Of a stretch of DNA of 48,233 nt, positions 43,296 to 48,233 are shown piece by piece (the stretch's first letter is position 1; every line of letters begins with the position of its first letter). This DNA is from a virus. Lineage: Duplodnaviria; Heunggongvirae; Uroviricota; Caudoviricetes. The notes under the pieces are model-generated. The model ran no database searches, was not told where the DNA came from, and saw only the letters and a program-made list of their open reading frames with translations. The translations under genes and the position numbers were made by a program. The stretch covers positions 172,702 to 220,934 of IMG/VR virus record IMGVR_UViG_2974569193_000001; one strand, written 5' to 3'.

Positions 43296-43327
43296 TTAAC
43301 TTCTTGTTAAGACTTTAGGCCTAGTGT
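43296..43327 (+). promoter_or_regulatory. CtrA-box promoter 4 (TTAA-N7-TTAA, N11, TAGTGT)
   Basis: Perfect box. Confidence 0.8.
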
Positions 43328-43374
43328 CCTCTTGCGGCCGGGCAATCCCGCCCCGCCGCCCTGGATCAAGTCCG

Positions 43375-43722
43375 ATGCAAAACGTCCCCGTTGGTCACCG
43401 CTTCACCCGCTACGGCCAAACCTACGTTGTCCGCCCTGGCCTGCGCTATGTGCCGGAGGCGCAAGCCGCCGACGCCTCGCGCCGGGGCTGGACCCTGCAA
43501 AACTCCGACCTCAAGGCCTTGTTGGGCTGGACGCCGAAGCTTCCCCGCGACGCCGTCGCCCCGGTCATGGTCGGGAACGTGTCGGTTTACGTTCTGAGCG
43601 CGGCCGAAGCCGCCGCCCGCAAGCCGAAGAATAACCGGCCGCACCGCGTGACGGCGGTTTGTCCCGGATGCGCCGCCCATGTGCCCGCCGGGCGCATTGG
43701 TCAGCACAAGTGCAAGGCCTAA
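43375..43722 (+). CDS. hypothetical protein with C-terminal CxxC...HxC zinc finger
   Basis: CPGC...QHKC. Confidence 0.8.
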   Translation: MQNVPVGHRFTRYGQTYVVRPGLRYVPEAQAADASRRGWTLQNSDLKALLGWTPKLPRDAVAPVMVGNVSVYVLSAAEAAARKPKNNRPHRVTAVCPGCAAHVPAGRIGQHKCKA

Positions 43723-43783
43723 CCCCTTTCCCCCTTCCCTGCCCCGGCCGCGCGCCGGGGCGCCCTCTCTGGAGATTTTCCCC

Positions 43784-44404
43784 ATGGCCCGCCTGATCAA
43801 AGCCAAGACCGCCGCCGAACAAGCCGAAGCCCTCGCCAGCCTGCGCAAGATGATCAAGCCGGGCGACACGGTTTATCCCGTGCTTCGCCACGTCTCGACC
43901 TCCGGCATGATGCGGGTCATTGACCTGATTATCCCGGTCACCGTCACCCAAACCGACACCTTGCCGGCCGATGCGCGCGGCTTCAAGATCGGCGTTCAAG
44001 CCTATGCGACCCCGCCGGAGCGCAACGCCCCCCGCGCCTTCTCAACCGGTACGGTTTCGGCTTTCGACGCCGACACCGTGACCATTGCCTATCAGGCCAC
44101 CGCCGACGGCCGGGGCGACGCGGAGTCGGTGACGTGGCCCCGTGGTCAGGTCAAGTTCTACCGCAAGAGCACGCGCCCCGGCGTCCGCTCGATCGGCTGG
44201 CTTGCCGCGAAGGCCATGGGCGACACTTTCGACGCCGACCGCCAAGGAATCAAGGTCGGCGGGTGCGGTATGGATATGGGCTTTCACCTCGTTTACAGCC
44301 TGGGCCGCACCTTGTGGCCGAAGGGGACGAAAAAGCCCCATGGCTCGCGCAATGGCGAGCCCGACCGCGACGGCGGTTATGCGCTGAAACATTCCTGGCT
44401 TTAA
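43784..44404 (+). CDS. phage protein with GCGMDMGFHLVY motif
   Basis: GGAGA RBS; LRHVSxSGM and GCGMDMGFH motifs. Confidence 0.85.
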   Translation: MARLIKAKTAAEQAEALASLRKMIKPGDTVYPVLRHVSTSGMMRVIDLIIPVTVTQTDTLPADARGFKIGVQAYATPPERNAPRAFSTGTVSAFDADTVTIAYQATADGRGDAESVTWPRGQVKFYRKSTRPGVRSIGWLAAKAMGDTFDADRQGIKVGGCGMDMGFHLVYSLGRTLWPKGTKKPHGSRNGEPDRDGGYALKHSWL

Positions 44405-44433
44405 CTTTTTGTTAAGAGTTTAGCCGCTAATGT
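44401..44433 (+). promoter_or_regulatory. CtrA-box promoter 5 (TTAA-N7-TTAA, N12, TAATGT)
   Basis: Perfect box overlapping upstream stop. Confidence 0.8.
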
Positions 44434-44482
44434 CTCCTTGCGGCCGGGCAATCCCGCCCGGCCGCACTGGAAAGCCAAGCCC

Positions 44483-44755
44483 ATGACCCGCGCTCAAGCC
44501 CTCGCCGAAATGAACGCCCTCCCCGGTATCATCGCCTCTTTCGAGCGCGAGACGGGCGAATATCGCGTCACCCTGCGCTTTGGCCCCCTGCCGGGCGGCC
44601 GGGGCGCTCAAGAGTGGATGCACAAGCGCCGCGAAGCCGTCGCCAGCTACAGCGACGACAAGGCCGACGCCCTGGCCACCGCCCGCGACATGTCGGCCCG
44701 CTGGGAAGCCATGACGCCCGCGCAACGTGATCACCTGTACCGCCACCCCGCGTAA
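44483..44755 (+). CDS. hypothetical protein
   Basis: ATG after leader hairpin. Confidence 0.75.
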   Translation: MTRAQALAEMNALPGIIASFERETGEYRVTLRFGPLPGGRGAQEWMHKRREAVASYSDDKADALATARDMSARWEAMTPAQRDHLYRHPA

Positions 44756-44784
44756 CCCTTCCTTAAGACCTCGCCGCCTAGGGT
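44752..44784 (+). promoter_or_regulatory. CtrA-box promoter 6 (GTAA-N7-TTAA, N12, TAGGGT)
   Basis: One mismatch. Confidence 0.65.
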
Positions 44785-44819
44785 GGCGGGGTCATCAACC
44801 CCCGCAAGGATCGCCCGAC

Positions 44820-45098
44820 ATGCGCAAGCCCCTCACCCAAGAGCAAAAGGCCCGCCGCCGCGTCCAACGTCGCGCCGCCCGCCTCGCCTGGAGCGACGAA
44901 CGCCGCGCGGCCGAATACGCCCGCCAATCGCGCTTTTTCCTGATGATCGCCGAACGCGCCCAAGCGGCGGGCGACGCCAAGGAAGCCGCCCGCCTCGCCA
45001 CCGTCGCCCAACGCAAGGTCACTAACTGGCGCATGGCGCAAGCCTGCGCTCGAATCAACGCCCTGGCGGTTCACGCCTGGGCTTCCGTCGCCGCCTAA
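44820..45098 (+). CDS. Arg/Ala-rich basic helical protein
   Basis: AAGGA RBS. Confidence 0.75.
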   Translation: MRKPLTQEQKARRRVQRRAARLAWSDERRAAEYARQSRFFLMIAERAQAAGDAKEAARLATVAQRKVTNWRMAQACARINALAVHAWASVAA

Positions 45099-45110
45099 GG
45101 AGCCGCAACC

Positions 45111-45434
45111 ATGCCCCCGATGACTCACCCTCACGCCCTGGCCTTGATCGCGCTCGCCGAAAAGGTCTTGCCCCTGACCCGGCTGGACCCGCTGAATCAG
45201 CGCGCCGCCGCTGTCGACCTGATCGGCGATCTTTACAGCCTCGCCGACTCCATCGACGCCACCGCCGGCCACTTGGTCGAGGCCGTCAACGGCGCCTTGC
45301 GCGACGGTTGCGAGGGCTACGCGCCCAAGAGCCGCGCCGCCGCCGCTGTCGCCACCGTCCGCGCCGACGAACTGCGCTCCGCCCTGGAGGCGTACACCGA
45401 AGCCGCCGCCCTGGCCCTGCCGAAGGTCGCCTAA
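45111..45434 (+). CDS. hypothetical protein
   Basis: AAGGAG RBS. Confidence 0.8.
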   Translation: MPPMTHPHALALIALAEKVLPLTRLDPLNQRAAAVDLIGDLYSLADSIDATAGHLVEAVNGALRDGCEGYAPKSRAAAAVATVRADELRSALEAYTEAAALALPKVA

Positions 45435-45437
45435 GCC

Positions 45438-46106
45438 ATGTCGCAACGCTACCGCCTCGCGCCCTCCGCCCGCGTCTCCAAGACGCTTTCGGACCTGCTT
45501 TATGCGGCGTCGGAAGTCGTCGCCACGGCGGCGCAATATGAGACGACGCCCGCCGGTCAAACCAAGCTCGCCAAGATGCGCGGCGACCTGATCACCGAAA
45601 GCGCCGGCGCCCTTGTGCGCAAGCCGCCTAGCGCCGTCCTCGCAACCCTCGTTTGGGTTGTCGAACTGGCGCAAGCCCGCGCCACGGAAAACGACTTCGG
45701 CAACGCCCAAGAGGCGCTGGACGAACACGACGCCTTAGCGTTCGTCGCCGATTGGCTGGAAGCCGAAGGCCTGGACGTGAGCGACATTCGCGGCGCCGCG
45801 CCCTCGGCCGAAGCCTTGGCCGAACTCGTCGCCCGCCGCGACGCCGAACAAGAGGCGCTGGACGCCCTAGAGCGCCCCGTTCCCCTCATCGCGTCGGATA
45901 AGGCCTATGCGCTCGCCGAAGTCTTCGGCGGGCTGATCCCGGCCGCCCTGGCGTTGGGCTATGAATTCCACGTCAGGCCCGACGGGCTCGCCCCGCCGCA
46001 CTACGTCAGCCGCAACGGCGTTCCCGTCGCCGCGTACTACGCCGACAAGGAAGCGCTCGCGCTGGACACCCTCGCCATTCACATCGACCAAGCCAAGGAG
46101 GCCTGA
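45438..46106 (+). CDS. hypothetical protein
   Basis: In operon. Confidence 0.8.
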   Translation: MSQRYRLAPSARVSKTLSDLLYAASEVVATAAQYETTPAGQTKLAKMRGDLITESAGALVRKPPSAVLATLVWVVELAQARATENDFGNAQEALDEHDALAFVADWLEAEGLDVSDIRGAAPSAEALAELVARRDAEQEALDALERPVPLIASDKAYALAEVFGGLIPAALALGYEFHVRPDGLAPPHYVSRNGVPVAAYYADKEALALDTLAIHIDQAKEA

Positions 46107-46109
46107 GCC

Positions 46110-46598
46110 GTGCGCACCGTGACCCGCAACGCCGACCCCGCGAAGATCATCGGCGGCTATCTCATGAGCGCGCAACGCTCCGGCGCCCTGACCTCGTCAG
46201 ACGAGGTTATCGCCACGCTAGAGGCGGCCGGCTACGTCATCGCCCGCCGCCGCGACGTCTTCACCGATGAGGGCCAAAAGCTGGGCGACGTCCTGGCGGC
46301 GCTTTATGACGCCGTCCCGAATTCGGCCGTCCGAACCCAACGCCTCGCCGACGCCCTCAAGCCGGCTTGCGCGTTCGTCTATCAGCCCCGGTTCCGGGTT
46401 GTGCTGGAAGCCGCGCCCGGCGCGCGCCTGACCGACTGCGAAACTGGCGCTTGCGTCTATTTCCAGCCGGGCGACGACGCCGACACCTTCCGCGAAGAGT
46501 TCGGCCCGTGGGTGCGCGACGACGTCCCCGATACGGCCGAAGGTCAGGCCCTGGCGTCGATGATGAACCCGACGGCGGAAGAGTATTTCTCCGGCTAA
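46110..46598 (+). CDS. hypothetical protein
   Basis: AAGGAGG RBS + GTG. Confidence 0.8.
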   Translation: MRTVTRNADPAKIIGGYLMSAQRSGALTSSDEVIATLEAAGYVIARRRDVFTDEGQKLGDVLAALYDAVPNSAVRTQRLADALKPACAFVYQPRFRVVLEAAPGARLTDCETGACVYFQPGDDADTFREEFGPWVRDDVPDTAEGQALASMMNPTAEEYFSG

Positions 46599-46623
46599 GT
46601 CATCAAACCTACCGTCTATGACA

Positions 46624-46653
46624 TGTCACGGGCTGAATACTTGGCCCGTGACG
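46624..46653. repeat. inverted repeat GTCACGGGC-N10-GCCCGTGAC
   Basis: Intergenic palindrome with arms related to 39757 and 40063 sites. Confidence 0.7.
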
Positions 46654-46779
46654 ACTTCCCCTAGTAAAGCTCACGCCTGTTTTCGTGACATAGCACAAGG
46701 AACTGAAATCGTTGGAAAAACTCCTAGAGGGTCACAAAGTTCTGGTTTGGCTGCTGCTGCTGGCCTGCCTCTGGCGCTT

Positions 46780-46812
46780 TTAACCCTTTGTTAAGACTTT
46801 ACCCGCTAGGGT
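46780..46812 (+). promoter_or_regulatory. CtrA-box promoter 7 (TTAA-N7-TTAA, N12, TAGGGT)
   Basis: Perfect box. Confidence 0.8.
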
Positions 46813-46867
46813 GATCTTGCGGCCGGGCAATCCCGCCCCGCCGCCTTCCTTCTCTGGAGCCGCTACC

Positions 46868-47308
46868 ATGCAAACCGCTTCCGTGATCCTCCCCGCCCAA
46901 ACCCTGGCCGGCGCCGATCTTGGCCCCGTCCTGATGGTCTTCGCCCTGGAACTGTCGCAGCACTTCGGCGACGTCGCCCAAGCCCCGACCGTCGAGCGCT
47001 GGACCGATGAGGCCACCGGCGCCGAATTCGTCGCCGACTGTGTGGCGTTCACGGTGTCGGCGGACTGGACCGCCAAGGGCGGGCGCATGGCGCGCCGCCT
47101 GGAGAACATGGCCGCCCGCTACGCCGCGCCCTGCGAGGCCCCCGCCCTGACCGTCCAGCACGCCGACGGCTCCACCGTGTACGTTGCCGCCCTGGAGGCC
47201 CTGGCGCGCCCTGCCCCGGTGCAAGGCCCCTCGCGCATCGCAGACCCGGCTTTCCTCCCTCGCCAGCGTGAGGACAAGGCCGCCCGCTTCGAGCGCCTGA
47301 CAGCCTAG
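46868..47308 (+). CDS. hypothetical protein
   Basis: GGAG RBS. Confidence 0.8.
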   Translation: MQTASVILPAQTLAGADLGPVLMVFALELSQHFGDVAQAPTVERWTDEATGAEFVADCVAFTVSADWTAKGGRMARRLENMAARYAAPCEAPALTVQHADGSTVYVAALEALARPAPVQGPSRIADPAFLPRQREDKAARFERLTA

Positions 47309-47337
47309 GCCCTGGCCTAGCCTCCCCCGCTTCCCCT

Positions 47338-47371
47338 AGCGCACCGCTTCCCATGCGGTGCGCTTTCTTTT
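47338..47371 (+). terminator. intrinsic terminator
   Basis: AGCGCACCGC/GCGGTGCGCT then TTCTTTT. Confidence 0.85.
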
Positions 47372-47376
47372 GCGTA

Positions 47377-47409
47377 TTAACTTGTTGTTAAGAGTTTAGC
47401 TGATAGTGT
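47377..47409 (+). promoter_or_regulatory. CtrA-box promoter 8 (TTAA-N7-TTAA, N12, TAGTGT)
   Basis: Perfect box. Confidence 0.8.
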
Positions 47410-47459
47410 CCCCTTGTTGGCGGCGCATCCCGCGCCGCTCCTCTCTTGGATCGCTCAAC

Positions 47460-47852
47460 ATGGCCCGCCCTTCTGACCTGCTCAACGTCAACGCCGCCCG
47501 CGTCCTGGCCTGCCTGGAAGCCCTGGCCGGCGTCGTCAAGACCGCCCCGGAAGCCGACCGCGCCGCCTTCTCCTACCTGCTGGACGCGGCCGAATTCGTC
47601 GCTTCCTGGCGCCGCAACCATACGGAAACCGACCGTCGCCGCGCTTACGGTGCGGCCTGCGCGGCGCAAGCCCTGGCCCTGACCAATGTCTATCAGCCCG
47701 CCACCCTGCAAGGCGGTGCGGTGCGCCGCGCTCTGGGCGCCTATGCCGCCGCCCTTAAGCTCTTGCTCGATGGCGAGCCGGTGCAAGCCGTCCGCGCCGC
47801 CGAAGGCGCCGCCCAGAGCGTGCGCGGACGCTTCGCTAACACCCGCATCTAG
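47460..47852 (+). CDS. Ala-rich helical hypothetical protein
   Basis: GGA RBS, ATG 47460. Confidence 0.75.
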   Translation: MARPSDLLNVNAARVLACLEALAGVVKTAPEADRAAFSYLLDAAEFVASWRRNHTETDRRRAYGAACAAQALALTNVYQPATLQGGAVRRALGAYAAALKLLLDGEPVQAVRAAEGAAQSVRGRFANTRI

Positions 47853-47884
47853 TAACCTTTTGTTAAGACCCCCTGGCCTATAGT
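47852..47884 (+). promoter_or_regulatory. CtrA-box promoter 9 (GTAA-N7-TTAA, N12, TATAGT)
   Basis: One mismatch. Confidence 0.7.
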
Positions 47885-47910
47885 CAGGGGGTCGCAAGGA
47901 GACACCCGAC

Positions 47911-48102
47911 ATGACCCGCCCCGGCCCCGCCTCGCTCCTCTCGCCCGCCGCCACCTTCTCGGCGCATAACCTCGTTCTTCCGGGCGCTCGCCCTATGCCC
48001 CTGCCCAAGGCGCAAGGCCTGACCTATGGCCAGTGCATCGCCCTGGGCGCTGGCCTGGGCGTGCTGGGCTTCCTCGCCCTGCGCGTCCTTGGTCTGGTCT
48101 GA
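47911..48102 (+). CDS. small protein with C-terminal TM helix
   Basis: AAGGAG RBS; IALGAGLGVLGFLALRVLGLV. Confidence 0.65.
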   Translation: MTRPGPASLLSPAATFSAHNLVLPGARPMPLPKAQGLTYGQCIALGAGLGVLGFLALRVLGLV

Positions 48103-48130
48103 CCTCCCCCGGCGCCCCCGTCGGGCGCGC

Positions 48131-48163
48131 GGTAGGGCTGTCCCATATTGAGACGGCCCTACC
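48131..48163. repeat. hairpin GGTAGGGC...GCCCTACC related to 40682-40721
   Basis: Shared arm sequence; followed by T-rich tract. Confidence 0.75.
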
Positions 48164-48233
48164 GGGGTAGTGTTTCTTTTTGGGACGAGGGACCCAAAGG
48201 CCCCTACGTTAACCATTTTTGGCGGCGCCCCCC

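Noticed and set aside
1-48233. All other minus-strand and alternate-frame ORFs in the track
   Set aside because: They overlap a continuous, RBS-supported, stop/start-coupled + strand gene set; many are Arg/Pro/Ala-rich frame artefacts.
1-48233. tRNA or rRNA genes, integrase, transposase
   Set aside because: No cloverleaf with T-loop/anticodon signature and no recombinase motifs seen by eye; tRNAscan-SE or ARAGORN would confirm.

Overview
About 48 kb of a large, GC-rich lytic phage genome, most likely a phiCbK-like Caulobacter phage. The assignment is inferred from CtrA boxes, a terS/intein-terL module and a downstream block resembling a long terminal repeat. All ~100 credible genes are on the + strand; the long minus-strand ORFs are antisense shadows. 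Layout: (1) 1-31.2 kb, tightly overlapped small hypothetical genes plus a PPP-family phosphatase, an HNH endonuclease, several winged-helix-like proteins and a 677-aa/138-aa gene pair. This region is driven by ten near-identical TTGACA-type promoters that share an orientation-reversible operator (CAACAC-N5-MGCYA) and a conserved +1 leader (CGACGACAAC). (2) 31.2-33.1 kb, a structured leader, a candidate regulator and an AT-rich repeated region (possible origin). (3) 33.1-39.3 kb, RuvC-like resolvase, TerS and TerL, whose Walker A motif is split by a 341-aa intein that begins with Pro. (4) 39.3-40.8 kb, repeat- and hairpin-dense DNA (6x 24-bp array, 54-bp duplication, TTAA cluster, perfect 18-bp hairpin). 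(5) 40.8-48.2 kb, nine cassettes, each headed by a CtrA-box (TTAA-N7-TTAA) promoter and often a conserved 5' hairpin. No tRNA, rRNA or CRISPR array was found. All family assignments come from motifs read by eye; no database search was run. Start codons were re-picked from RBS and overlap evidence.
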